Below are positions 34,998-45,485 of a DNA stretch of 64,000 nucleotides, piece by piece; the first letter of the stretch is position 1, and each line of letters opens with the position of its first letter. The stretch comes from Lachnospiraceae bacterium. GTDB taxonomy: Bacteria > Bacillota > Clostridia > Lachnospirales > Lachnospiraceae. The DNA lies in the NCBI GenBank assembly GCA_017543445.1, contig JAFYGB010000026.1:5366-69365 (forward strand), read 5' to 3'. The position numbers and the translations under genes are program-made. The notes beneath the pieces were generated by a model. That model had not been told where the DNA came from. It did not search any database and saw nothing but the letters and a program-made list of their open reading frames with translations.

Positions 34998-37535
34998 CTA
35001 ACGAATACTGATAAACAGGTTTCCGGACGGCTCGAAATATTCGTCCGCCGCGCCCGTGGTGAAATCCAGGCGGGACTTCTCGCCAGTCACGGGATCGTAT
35101 ACATAAACATAAACAGAGTTGTATCCGTAGAGGACGACGGCACGCCGTCCGTTATCCGTCAGCGCCAGCACTGGATGGCGCAGGTGCATGTAGTACAGGA
35201 TCTGCGTTGTGCTGCAGCCGCTTAAGTTCACCATGCGGTCTCCGAAGAGTTCCTGCATCATATCGACCACGGAAGTATTCGAAACGAGCATCTGCGCGAT
35301 ATTTACATCGGCCGCACCCTTCTCGTACTCCTTCATGGTCAGGAGCGACATCTCGAGACTGTCCTTCGGATCCATGGCCTCTTCTGCCAGTTTCGCCGTC
35401 TCCGGCATCGTAAGCGTCACATACAGGTTGCGGCTTCCGCGGCTCCATGCGACTTCATGTCCCTCCAGGACCACGCCCATGGAGTCATAGACTGCCTCGA
35501 TCGCCGGCGCCAGTTCGTCCGACGACAGGATCCGCCTTCCGGCGTAGTACGCGGTGTAGCGGTCGTGTGCATCGTCCGGCATCAGCGTCGCCGTACGGGG
35601 CTCGTTCGAAAGCAGGCGGCTCTGGTTGCGGCCGAAGATCTGCGACGTAGAGATCGCCTTACCGAAATTGATATAGTAGTAGTTGAATTTGATGTTGGAT
35701 CCGGAGACCTTCAGAGCGATGGTTTCGTTTTTCGTTTCATGCTCGGTGTACGTCAGAACGTCCTCGTTCAACTGCTCAAACGTCCCGTTCTCCAGTTCGC
35801 GCACACGATGCAAAACGGCCGAATACTGCTCCATGTCGACGCTCTCGATATAAACGCCGTCCTTCGCATATGCCATCTGCTCATTCAGATCGCTGTCCAG
35901 AATGTGCACGCTCTTCATCAGTCGAACGTCATCGAAAACGACGGTCTTATAGTCGGTCTTCGCCCATACAGAGTACACCAGGTCATGCTCGATGAAGCCC
36001 AGCGCCGTGATCTCCTCACCCGGTTTTTCGAATTTGTGGATACGCCCGATCTCCATGTCCAGAATGTAGATCACGGAGGGCTCGCCGGAAGCATCCCATG
36101 CGGCAAATGAACCGTCGGCACTGACACGCGGCTGGTCCGAAACGTCCCTCGCCACGATCTGTGACTCTCCACTCTTGCGGTCGATCGAATAGATCACCCC
36201 GCCGAACTCATAATAATACAATCCATCGTCGCTCGCGTACAGAAGGTGCGAACTCTTCTCGATCGCCGTTTCGTAACTACCCTGCAGGCGAACGAAACTG
36301 ACCTCCTTAAGGGCATTATGCTCATTATCGTAATAATACAGGGCCAGGCCGCATTCGCCCTCGTGACTTCCACTCGGAAAATACCCGCTCGCCGCCAGAT
36401 TCAGGTCCCCGTTTTCATTCATGTTCAGGATCTTCACGTTATACATGCGGTCGCGGACATGCGAATTCACGGTCCCGGCATCGAACGCCAGCACCTGCGT
36501 CATCTCGTTATTTGTAAAGTTATAGGCATACACCGCATGGTCCACGGTAAATGCGACCTTCTTACCGGAGGCATCCTTAAACATCGAAACGTTTTCCCGA
36601 TCCTGAATGCCGAGCAGGATCGACGTCGTACCCATGCAGCGGTCGTCCGTCGGAAACTTCTCCTGCATGAAGCGCTCGTACGCCAGGATATAATTCTTCT
36701 CACTTCGTCTGCGGATCGAGAAATACTCCTCTACGTCGTAGTAGATCTCCTTCTCGTTTTCGGTGGTATTTGCCGTGTATAACCAGGAAAACTCGACCTG
36801 CGTCGCGCTGATCTCGTAGATGCGCAGCGTCCGTTCGTTCGATACGCGCGGCTCCAGGCCCGCCCACGTCGCCTGACGCGGCGTCGACTCCATCGTCACG
36901 TGGTTCAGGTTCATCTGAGCATCGCTGCCCGTGAAGCTCATGTACTGCTGCAGGGAGATGGTGTTCTTACTCAGCATCGCCTCAATCATCGATGACGACA
37001 GGGTAAATGCTTCCTCCAGCGGCGTACCTTCGTAGTATGCCACACGCGTCGGGTAAAACGCCTCGCGGCCGTCGTCCAGTTTCAAAAACAGGCAGAATAA
37101 GCCTTCCTCGCCCTGTCCCAGCAGGTTCGTCGGATTGCATTCGATCTTCAAGGTGCGGTTCCCGTCTTCGGTAAGTTTAAGTTCCTGCTCCTCGTATAAA
37201 CGCTCGCCCGCCATATCGTACAGCTGGAAATAAGCACCGATGACTTCTTTGGAATTCTCACGCACGCGGATCGTGATATCGTGGTCCTCATTCATCGGAC
37301 AGATCGTGTCGTGCACATAATAGGAAGCCAGTGAACCCTCCGGCTTCGCGTACCCGTACAGGGTGTTCATCTCATATTTATCGTACAAAAAAGAAACCAG
37401 GGGGAATGCCTCCGGCTGTGTATCGCGAAATGTCATCTTCTCTCCCGAGCGCCGGCCCGTGAAGATCAGGTAGCCCACGCCCAGCAGAACAAACAGGAGC
37501 ACGAGCAGAAAATATCGTAACCAAACGTGTTTCAT
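34998..37535 (-). CDS. Large membrane-anchored extracytoplasmic protein, unknown function
   Basis: MKHVWLRYFLLVLLFVLLGVGYLIF anchor, then ~820 aa rich in beta-strand-like Y/D/G segments (YASDDGLYYYEFGGVIYSIDRKSG). No catalytic motif seen. Confidence 0.6.
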   Translation of the reverse strand: MKHVWLRYFLLVLLFVLLGVGYLIFTGRRSGEKMTFRDTQPEAFPLVSFLYDKYEMNTLYGYAKPEGSLASYYVHDTICPMNEDHDITIRVRENSKEVIGAYFQLYDMAGERLYEEQELKLTEDGNRTLKIECNPTNLLGQGEEGLFCLFLKLDDGREAFYPTRVAYYEGTPLEEAFTLSSSMIEAMLSKNTISLQQYMSFTGSDAQMNLNHVTMESTPRQATWAGLEPRVSNERTLRIYEISATQVEFSWLYTANTTENEKEIYYDVEEYFSIRRRSEKNYILAYERFMQEKFPTDDRCMGTTSILLGIQDRENVSMFKDASGKKVAFTVDHAVYAYNFTNNEMTQVLAFDAGTVNSHVRDRMYNVKILNMNENGDLNLAASGYFPSGSHEGECGLALYYYDNEHNALKEVSFVRLQGSYETAIEKSSHLLYASDDGLYYYEFGGVIYSIDRKSGESQIVARDVSDQPRVSADGSFAAWDASGEPSVIYILDMEIGRIHKFEKPGEEITALGFIEHDLVYSVWAKTDYKTVVFDDVRLMKSVHILDSDLNEQMAYAKDGVYIESVDMEQYSAVLHRVRELENGTFEQLNEDVLTYTEHETKNETIALKVSGSNIKFNYYYINFGKAISTSQIFGRNQSRLLSNEPRTATLMPDDAHDRYTAYYAGRRILSSDELAPAIEAVYDSMGVVLEGHEVAWSRGSRNLYVTLTMPETAKLAEEAMDPKDSLEMSLLTMKEYEKGAADVNIAQMLVSNTSVVDMMQELFGDRMVNLSGCSTTQILYYMHLRHPVLALTDNGRRAVVLYGYNSVYVYVYDPVTGEKSRLDFTTGAADEYFEPSGNLFISIR

Positions 37536-37767
37536 ATAGGATCCTTTCGGCCGCACGCGGCCTCACGCTACCATATTACTCTAATTTATCAAAAATCGCA
37601 AGGAAATCATGCACTTTCCCTGTTCACACCCCCGAAAATCTGTGCTACCATAGGGGTGAAACGAACTTTTTTAAAACTTTTTTGGAAAAAATTCAAAAAA
37701 CGCGCAACCAACGCGCAAAAATGTTGATATAGATAGTGAAGGCCTTAATAAAGGAGGAGATATCCCC

Positions 37768-38328
37768 TTGAAAGATAATGATATCATTGACCTGTTCCTG
37801 GCACGAAACGAGAACGCCATAACGCAGGCCGCGGAAAAATACGGCGTACGGCTTCGCGGCATCGCCTTCGGGATCTTAAGCGACTTCGAGAGTGCGAAAG
37901 AATGCGAAAACGACACGTACCTCGAAGCCTGGAACCGTATTCCGCCGCATGAGCCGCGCGATTATTTCTTTGCCTTTTTGGGTAAGATCACCCGTGCGGT
38001 CGCACTGAATCGCCTTAAGAAGCTCCACCGCCAGAAGCGAGACGGCGCAACATGTGAACTCACCGAGGAATTACGAGAGTGTCTCACGCCGGAAGAGGAA
38101 GTCGAGAGAAAGCTCACCAGTGAAGAAATCACCCGGATCATCGAAGCTTTCTTAGCTTCCCGCACGCAGGAACAGCAAAACATCTTCGTTCGCCGCTATT
38201 GGTATTGCGACTCGATCCAAGAGATCAGCAAACAATACCACATGTCGCAAAGCAAAGTTAAAAGTTTATTATTTCGGATGCGAAAAGATCTGAAACAAGC
38301 CCTCAAGGAAGGAGGCTACCCACTATGA
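37768..38328 (+). CDS. ECF-type sigma factor
   Basis: The TTG start is preceded by aaggagg. Region 2 (ECENDTYLEAWNRIPP) and region 4 (QQNIFVRRYWYCDSIQEISKQYHMSQSKVKSLLFRMRKDL) are present. Confidence 0.8.
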   Translation: MKDNDIIDLFLARNENAITQAAEKYGVRLRGIAFGILSDFESAKECENDTYLEAWNRIPPHEPRDYFFAFLGKITRAVALNRLKKLHRQKRDGATCELTEELRECLTPEEEVERKLTSEEITRIIEAFLASRTQEQQNIFVRRYWYCDSIQEISKQYHMSQSKVKSLLFRMRKDLKQALKEGGYPL

Positions 38329-40118
38329 ATGAACACGATCTGTTTGACGCGATCGGAAACATCGACAACAAATACATCAAAAATGCGGAACAGGCGGATC
38401 CCGCATCCACCCATCCCGTAAGAAAGGCTCCCGTCGAAAAGAATAAAAACAAAGAGCTCATCCTCGACATGGAGTTCAACGCACAGGAAACGACTTCGGT
38501 CACACCGGTTAAACACCCTAAGCAAGCAGCGAACATCATCACCGCGATCCTTGCTTCAGCTGCTGTTTTGCTTGCCTTTATCGGGGGCGCTTATGCCTAT
38601 AAAATGTACCATAAGGCCGACGTACCCGTTGTGGGTGTCTCCGATACGACCACCGCTGCCGAGATCGCGCGAAATGAATCTCTCGCTGACACTCAGGCGG
38701 AGGCTCCTACGGATGCCATTGCCCCCACCGAGGCTGCGGACCATCTGACCCTCCCGGAGGAGGAGATCACCCGGATCATGATCTCCGAATTGACCATCGG
38801 GTATTCTCTGACCCTCTACAACCAAAAGGATCTGGACGAATTCATGAAAGTTTTTCAGAGTACATCCGGAACGATCGTTAGAGATAAGGTCGCACGTGAT
38901 AGTTCCGAATGCAAATACATGATCCATGGTTACAGCCATGGAAAAGAATGCTTCACCTATTACCTCCTTTCGGAGACAGATGTACGTATTCGGTGGCTGG
39001 ATTACAATGGAAAGATGCTCCACTCGGAAGATACCCTTCCCCTGTACACCTACGCGAAAGAAAAAACCGATCCGATCGTAATGCAAGGTGTATTCACCAA
39101 TCCGTCGAACGCTTACGGGCAGGCGAAAACACAATATATTATTTTAGAGAACCTTTCCGTGTCCAACGGATACATCGGGCTGGATATTACTTCTGATGAT
39201 CCTCTGGAACTGGTAGAAGTATCCTGTAACGTTCGATACACAAATGGTCCAAACTTATATATCAGCCTGGGCGGCGGGACCGAATTACAAGGGTTCGAAG
39301 TTCCGATCACGAATTTGAAGGCGATCTACGTCCCTGCACACATGGCCCAGGAGATCGCTTCCCACGACAGGATCATCATCCGTAGAGGCGATATTCCGTA
39401 TCAGATGAAAAAGGGAAATGTTCAGCACATGGAAGGCGCTTTCTGCCTCCCGGCATTTACCAAAGACGGAAATGTTGAATACCTTGCGATCGATAACGGC
39501 AAACTGGTATTTCCGGAAGGAACCTCCACGGATTGCCCGGCGGGATTTGCACCTTTGTATTCGCTGAATGAACTGGTCGACCTGATAACTCAGTATTCGA
39601 TAAACGGGTACGCAATTCGAACAAAAGAAGCTGAAATGCCGCTGAAAAAACTCTCGGATGGCATGTCTCTTGAGGACGTGATCGAATACTTCGACGCCTA
39701 CAAAGAATGGGTGGACTACCTGGAGCGTGATGAGCAGCCCTCTATGGAAACACTGGCCATTCCTAACGACATTACCAAAATCGTCATCACCGATAAGGCT
39801 CACGAAAATGACGTTGCTACTCTGGAAGACGACACCTCCATCCATGAATTTCAAACGTTATTCAATGCATTTTTAGGAAGCGTTGATCAAAGCAAGGACG
39901 ATCACGAATACCGATATTTGATCCAGTGTTATAGAGACAACGAACAGTTTTTTGAGTTGTATGTTTCGTATTCCTATCTGATCGGAATTAATCACAACGG
40001 AACCATTAAATGGATGACGTCAAACTCGGATATTCCTGATCTATGTAATTACCTGGACATAAAACTGGAGCCTTTCCGAAGCGGGCCATACAACCCCACA
40101 GAAAGCCCTGAAAGATAA
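38325..40118 (+). CDS. Putative anti-sigma factor with a large extracytoplasmic region
   Basis: ATGA overlap with the sigma gene. N-terminus is MNEHDLFDAIGNIDNKYI, with a single TM (IITAILASAAVLLAFIGGAYAY). The ~470-aa ectodomain seems to carry related modules near both ends. Confidence 0.6.
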   Translation: MNEHDLFDAIGNIDNKYIKNAEQADPASTHPVRKAPVEKNKNKELILDMEFNAQETTSVTPVKHPKQAANIITAILASAAVLLAFIGGAYAYKMYHKADVPVVGVSDTTTAAEIARNESLADTQAEAPTDAIAPTEAADHLTLPEEEITRIMISELTIGYSLTLYNQKDLDEFMKVFQSTSGTIVRDKVARDSSECKYMIHGYSHGKECFTYYLLSETDVRIRWLDYNGKMLHSEDTLPLYTYAKEKTDPIVMQGVFTNPSNAYGQAKTQYIILENLSVSNGYIGLDITSDDPLELVEVSCNVRYTNGPNLYISLGGGTELQGFEVPITNLKAIYVPAHMAQEIASHDRIIIRRGDIPYQMKKGNVQHMEGAFCLPAFTKDGNVEYLAIDNGKLVFPEGTSTDCPAGFAPLYSLNELVDLITQYSINGYAIRTKEAEMPLKKLSDGMSLEDVIEYFDAYKEWVDYLERDEQPSMETLAIPNDITKIVITDKAHENDVATLEDDTSIHEFQTLFNAFLGSVDQSKDDHEYRYLIQCYRDNEQFFELYVSYSYLIGINHNGTIKWMTSNSDIPDLCNYLDIKLEPFRSGPYNPTESPER

Positions 40119-40140
40119 TACCCTCGAGAGGAGGTAGAAA

Positions 40141-42207
40141 ATGAGAAAACTATGCCTTCTGATACTGTCTCTTGAAGTCGCATTCTGTGCTCTCATAACG
40201 CTTGCTCATTCTCTTGTTTATGCATCGCCGACCGATGACTCAAATCCATTTTGTCTGAGTATAGACTGCGCGAACAGCAATCTGGATCTATCCTCTCTGG
40301 AAATCAAGATCTATACCTCGGTTCTCTCGTACAAGGAAGTCGAAAACGACTATGCTTATTATGATGGTATCTATACGTGCAGTGTTTATCCTGATGCCTG
40401 TGGGGTAGCTATATTTTCCAGGCCTTCCGATTGTTTTACAATAGAAGTAAATCTGGATACACTTCCCATCGGATATGGAATTGATAGTTGTACTTGGTTC
40501 TTTATGCCAAATATGAATGAACATCACATTGCGCTATGTGAAATCAGTACTGTAGATATCACAAATGAGAACGGAGAGATCCGTCCGATCATTCAGGCGG
40601 CTAACGGGCTACCCTTATTGGCAAATGCCAGTGTAACGGACGAAACCTCGATCTTAAACCTATCCGTAGACTCAGAAAACCATCAAATCTCATATACCAA
40701 GAATTACGTTGTTGATGTACAAGGAACCCTTTATACTCTATCTGACAATGTCATCCTTAACTACTCCAGCGACTATCAAAAAGCAGGCATTCTCTACGAA
40801 AACGGGATAATTACCAGATTCGAATATGTCAACTTATTAAGTTTCTATATTCTAAATCCTCAAAAGGTATATTCCGACACCGACTTCCCGGTAGATGGAA
40901 CTGAGTTGTATTGGAACTTACGTAATTATCTTGATTCGCCCGAATCTGCACAGGAAGATCTTTCACAAATCATCGCGGCGATGAAAAAAATGGATCCTCG
41001 CTACGAGGTCCATTCAACAGAGAACACAAAGTCAGCTACGTTCATTGAATCCAAAAGTCAAAATGACACTTTCACTAACTCTGTTTGTGGTACATCAAAG
41101 TCTCTATCCTTTGTCATCTCTAGCAGTGGGCATTTTAGAATTAACTATGACGCTTCGGAAACCAGCTCTTCGGTTGCCTATGCTGTAGCATCCGTATTTG
41201 AGGGGGTCGATACACTGTTCTATACTACTTGGGGATTTAATAGACCCTATTATACCCCAATTGCCACCTACTATGATGTATACTTGGTGGGTTCCGTGGG
41301 ATACGCCGCACAAACCATTCGTCATGAAAGTGAAGGATCCTACATAAAAGTTTCTCTTCCAACTGCTAATGCAATTGCTTCCGGTACTCTATCAAATTAC
41401 GGCGTCATTGCTCACGAATATATGCACGCAATATTCTTTCGCTATGGTATTCCTTATGGCACATCTGATGAAATCTGGATGCATGAATGTTTTGCTACGT
41501 GGGCTGGACTAGCTTATATTATAAACTATGCCAATTACATTTATTATCGTGTTAATCAATTCACCTCTGCCCCCTATAAACCCTTGACTCAACACAGTAG
41601 CACACCCGGTGAGGAAAATCGAGCATCCGGATCCTGTGTTTTTCCTTTATATATTCAACAGCAACAAGGCGGAGTTGACACGATTAAAAAAATACTGATT
41701 AATTATTCCATTTCAAACCATCAGCCTCTTTTTGCCATAAACTCCGGTTTAGCCTATTATGGATACAATTTAGCTCAGGCATTTTCCGGATGTGCCACGT
41801 ACAACTATGAGCCAAGTTATTTCTACTCTGGAGTTCCCAGTTCTTGGGTTGCTGGCAATTCCACCTCGATCATCAACTATCCTTACACTCCTCCAGGAAC
41901 CCAAACACTCTCCAAAGTCGCTTGTCGATATAATAAATGTATCTCCTCAGGTAATACTGGAAAAACACTTACTATCACTGTAAACTATTCAAATATTCCG
42001 AGCGGGGCTGTAGCTAAACTCCACAGTATTAGAGAAACTGCAAGCGGAGGTAAATATATCACCGCTCACACTATCAGTAGCCATATTGGAACGATCGTAC
42101 AGTATAACTTTGGAAACTCGAATTCGACTTCCATGACATTCATTCCAATCAATGCAGGAACCTCGACTAATGCTTTATCCTACTCAGAAGTCGTAGTTCT
42201 TCAGTAA
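40141..42207 (+). CDS. Secreted protein with an HExxH zinc-metallopeptidase motif (AT-rich gene)
   Basis: Signal peptide MRKLCLLILSLEVAFCALITLAHSLVYA. GVIAHEYMHAIF plus a downstream MHECFATWAG. gaggagg RBS. Confidence 0.6.
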   Translation: MRKLCLLILSLEVAFCALITLAHSLVYASPTDDSNPFCLSIDCANSNLDLSSLEIKIYTSVLSYKEVENDYAYYDGIYTCSVYPDACGVAIFSRPSDCFTIEVNLDTLPIGYGIDSCTWFFMPNMNEHHIALCEISTVDITNENGEIRPIIQAANGLPLLANASVTDETSILNLSVDSENHQISYTKNYVVDVQGTLYTLSDNVILNYSSDYQKAGILYENGIITRFEYVNLLSFYILNPQKVYSDTDFPVDGTELYWNLRNYLDSPESAQEDLSQIIAAMKKMDPRYEVHSTENTKSATFIESKSQNDTFTNSVCGTSKSLSFVISSSGHFRINYDASETSSSVAYAVASVFEGVDTLFYTTWGFNRPYYTPIATYYDVYLVGSVGYAAQTIRHESEGSYIKVSLPTANAIASGTLSNYGVIAHEYMHAIFFRYGIPYGTSDEIWMHECFATWAGLAYIINYANYIYYRVNQFTSAPYKPLTQHSSTPGEENRASGSCVFPLYIQQQQGGVDTIKKILINYSISNHQPLFAINSGLAYYGYNLAQAFSGCATYNYEPSYFYSGVPSSWVAGNSTSIINYPYTPPGTQTLSKVACRYNKCISSGNTGKTLTITVNYSNIPSGAVAKLHSIRETASGGKYITAHTISSHIGTIVQYNFGNSNSTSMTFIPINAGTSTNALSYSEVVVLQ

Positions 42208-42267
42208 CAGTCCGAGATGCCTGCATACTGTCATAGCTTTCAATCTTTTTCAAGCATATCCATTCAA

Positions 42268-42307
42268 GAAACAGCGGAGTCCCAAATGGGCCTCCGCTGT
42301 TTCTTTG
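42268..42307 (+). terminator. Terminator of the sigma/anti-sigma/HExxH operon
   Basis: gaaacagcggag...ctccgctgtttc followed by tttg. Confidence 0.65.
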
Positions 42308-42321
42308 AGTCAAATTCATTG

Positions 42322-42350
42322 TTCACATCGTGGGGATTCTGTGCTATAAT
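42322..42350 (+). promoter_or_regulatory. Candidate lepB promoter
   Basis: TTCACA, 17-nt spacer, TATAAT. Confidence 0.5.
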
Positions 42351-42411
42351 ATTGTAAAGGTATGTGCCCGCATCCCTATGCGGGTAGAAAATAAGGATTG
42401 GTGATAACACT

Positions 42412-45393
42412 ATGGATGAACGTGCCGATAAGTACTTCGACGATTTGGTGAGTCAGGCCGCGATCGACCGGGATAAAGACTTTACCATAAGCGCCGATGA
42501 ACTGGATGCATTAAGCCAGATCCCCCATGTGGAGAGCAGTGGCGGTATCGATGCCACTGAATATATGACAACCCGAACCCAACCGGATGAGGCCACGATG
42601 AACGTGGTCTTAAAGCCGTTCGCAACGCATGAAAACACAGCGCTCCCGAGTGAAGAAGAGTCGAATTCGATCCTGAAAGAGATGGAGGCGAACATCCAGA
42701 ATATTCAGGGTATCGACGATACGCCGTTTATCGATGCATCGGAATACAGTGTTTCGGGTGCGGATGCCGCAGATGCCGACGAAGACTTCGAGATCGGCTT
42801 CTCTTTTGATGCATCCGATACCATCCCGTTTGAAGACGATGGTAAGTTCATTCCCCTCGAAGTCATTACCCCCTACAGCGCACCGCGCAAGGATCCCTCC
42901 TTTGATAACGACGACGGAGCTGTGATCCCGGACGAAGAATTAAATCTGCCGCCTTATGCGACAGCGGAAAATACATCCTATCGGCCCGAGGAGCCGGCGG
43001 TCCAGGCCTCTGTGACCGGTCGTGAGCCTTCGGAAGAGGAAGTTAAGGAAGAGCCTTCCCTTACGAACCGCAGCACGAAAAAATCCTCAAAATCCAAGGC
43101 GAAGCCGAAGAAGCCGCGCACGACGATGCACGGTAAGAAGACGGTGACCGGCCCTGAACCAAATGAAAATCAAGACTCTTCCCAGGCTTCGGCCGGAGTG
43201 TCGAAGGAGTCAGCCAGGCTCGAGGAGAGCGTACGACCCGTCGAGGAAGAAAAACCGGAAGAAGCGTCGGTAGCGTCTATTCCGGAATTAAAGATCGATG
43301 TCACCCCGGATATCGAAGTTGCTGCCGATACTTCCGCATTAGAGTCGGAAGCACAGCCTCCAGTAGAAGAAACTGCTGCACAGGCGGCACCCGAAGAGAA
43401 ACCCGCAGCCGAAACTGCGGCTCCCTTCTCGATCCCCTTTGAGATGCCGGAGAACCTTTTCGAAAACCAGAATACATCCTATGCCGAGTCCCCTGCCGAC
43501 TTCATGGGACAGCCGGATTATGAAAACGATCTGGATTTCAATGCCATGCGCAACAGCGAGGCGGAAGGCACCTCCTCGGTCTATGCGGATGTCAGCGATT
43601 ACGCCAGCACAGATAGTGATTCCGAATTCACGCTTCCGCTGAATGCACAGCCTTCGAAGCGTAAGAAGAGTTCCAAGAGTAAGAAAGCCGCGTCTGAGGA
43701 TGAAAGCCTCGAGGCCGTCATCGCAAACGCGCTCAACAATATGAGTAACACCGACAGTGCCGAAGCCGCAGCGAAGCGCCGTGCCCGTCGGAAGAGCCTG
43801 GCGACCTCCCCTGAGGACGAAGCCGCTAGTAAGGCTACCAGTACGGATGATGTTGCAAATGCGATCTCCGCTTTCTTTGCGCGCGAAGATGCGAAATCCG
43901 GCGCGAAATCCGCACCGAAAGAGTCGGCTACATCAGCGGACGCACAACAGCCGATCGCGAACCCGGATGCACCGACTTCCGATGGCGACGCCCCGGTAGC
44001 TCGCCCGGCTCGCAGAAGACGCACTCCGATCAGCGAAGTTCCTCCGGTCGAAAGTGCTACGGCAGAAGCAGCTACGGCAGATACTACTGCAGCTGAAGCA
44101 ACTATGGCAAATGCAGCTGCGACCGAAACAGCCGCTCCCGCCCGCCCGGCGAGAAGAAGACGCCCGGCAGCAGCGGCAGAACCTGCAGATACCGAGTCCG
44201 CAACGGCTTCGACTGCAAGCGCTGCACAGGCTGAAGAGGCGGTAGCTAAGCCCGCCGAGCAGGCTGCAGAAAGTGAACAGACCACCACTTCAAAAGCAAA
44301 GACCGAGCAGACCACTGCAAAGCGTACAGGTGCCGGAACGCGCCGTGTAACACGTCGTCAGGTCGAGGGGCCTATTTTGGAGACTGGCTCCGATACCGTC
44401 GAAGTCATCAATGTTGACCTCGATGATGATATCCTGGAATCGGAGGATATCGAAGACTCCTTAGAGTTTCGCAATACCGTAGAAGCGGATCCGCACGCGG
44501 TACGTGACTTAAGCGACACTTCCCAGAAACGGCCTGAGGAGCAGACCTCCTACGCGGAGGAGATCGCCGCTATGGCAGCGCAGCGTAGAGCCGCCGTTGC
44601 CGAAGCCGCGCGTAAGGAAGAACGTCGCACCACCGAACACATGGGTCAGGTACGCACCTCCTATGGAAGCGGCCAGCCCCAGGATGAATTCGGCGCGACC
44701 GCCGCTCCTGCACAACCGCAGCAGCGCCCGATGACTGCATCCCAGCGCATCGCAGCAAAACGGCCTTCATTGGCCGACCCGATCGCTTTCGACCCGAAGC
44801 TCGACCAGGATCCGTTCGAATACAAATTCGACAAAAAGAAGAAGACATCCAAGTGGAAGAGTCTGCTGAAGGACTTCCTGTTTGTTATCGTCCTTCCGGT
44901 GGTCATCGCCCTCCTTCTGGTGAAGTTCGTGATCATCTCGGCGGTGGTTCCTTCGGAGTCCATGCAGCCCACGGTCAATGTCGGCGACCGTCTCTTCGGT
45001 TTCCGTCTGGCCTACACCTTCTCGTCTCCGAAGCGTGGTGATGTCATCATCTTCGAATATCCGGACGACCCCGATCGCCTGTTCATCAAGCGTATCATCG
45101 GTATGCCGGGCGACACCGTCCGCATCGCCGATCACGCGGTCTACATCACTCCGGCCGGCGGCACCGAGTATAAGCTGGACGAACCGTATCTGCCCGCAGG
45201 CATCCAGATGGATACCTCTACCCCGTTACCTACCTTCACCGTTCCGGCGAACCACTATTTCGTAATGGGCGACAACCGAAACAACAGCCACGACTCGCGT
45301 TTCTGGCAGAACCACTACGTCAGCATCGACGCCATCAAAGCGAAGGCCGGCCTGATCTTCTGGCCGTTCTCGAGCTTCGGTTTCATCAAGTAG
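42412..45393 (+). CDS. lepB: Signal peptidase I (S26) with a ~810-aa low-complexity N-terminal extension
   Basis: The last ~180 aa are: TM FLFVIVLPVVIALLLVKFVII, SESMQPT (catalytic Ser), GDVIIF, IKRIIGMPGD (catalytic Lys), GDNRNNSHDSRFW. The preceding region is rich in D/E/A/P/T/S and has no TM. Confidence 0.85.
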   Translation: MDERADKYFDDLVSQAAIDRDKDFTISADELDALSQIPHVESSGGIDATEYMTTRTQPDEATMNVVLKPFATHENTALPSEEESNSILKEMEANIQNIQGIDDTPFIDASEYSVSGADAADADEDFEIGFSFDASDTIPFEDDGKFIPLEVITPYSAPRKDPSFDNDDGAVIPDEELNLPPYATAENTSYRPEEPAVQASVTGREPSEEEVKEEPSLTNRSTKKSSKSKAKPKKPRTTMHGKKTVTGPEPNENQDSSQASAGVSKESARLEESVRPVEEEKPEEASVASIPELKIDVTPDIEVAADTSALESEAQPPVEETAAQAAPEEKPAAETAAPFSIPFEMPENLFENQNTSYAESPADFMGQPDYENDLDFNAMRNSEAEGTSSVYADVSDYASTDSDSEFTLPLNAQPSKRKKSSKSKKAASEDESLEAVIANALNNMSNTDSAEAAAKRRARRKSLATSPEDEAASKATSTDDVANAISAFFAREDAKSGAKSAPKESATSADAQQPIANPDAPTSDGDAPVARPARRRRTPISEVPPVESATAEAATADTTAAEATMANAAATETAAPARPARRRRPAAAAEPADTESATASTASAAQAEEAVAKPAEQAAESEQTTTSKAKTEQTTAKRTGAGTRRVTRRQVEGPILETGSDTVEVINVDLDDDILESEDIEDSLEFRNTVEADPHAVRDLSDTSQKRPEEQTSYAEEIAAMAAQRRAAVAEAARKEERRTTEHMGQVRTSYGSGQPQDEFGATAAPAQPQQRPMTASQRIAAKRPSLADPIAFDPKLDQDPFEYKFDKKKKTSKWKSLLKDFLFVIVLPVVIALLLVKFVIISAVVPSESMQPTVNVGDRLFGFRLAYTFSSPKRGDVIIFEYPDDPDRLFIKRIIGMPGDTVRIADHAVYITPAGGTEYKLDEPYLPAGIQMDTSTPLPTFTVPANHYFVMGDNRNNSHDSRFWQNHYVSIDAIKAKAGLIFWPFSSFGFIK

Positions 45394-45432
45394 GCGAAAA
45401 CGATTATTTAATCACCCCCTCAATATAAACGG

Positions 45433-45469
45433 CAGGAGGCGGATCGAAAGATCCGTCTCCTGTCTTTTT
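45433..45469. terminator. Bidirectional terminator between lepB and atpC
   Basis: caggaggcggatc gaaa gatccgtctcctg followed by tcttttta. Confidence 0.7.
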
Positions 45470-45485
45470 ATATTTCACTATTTGA

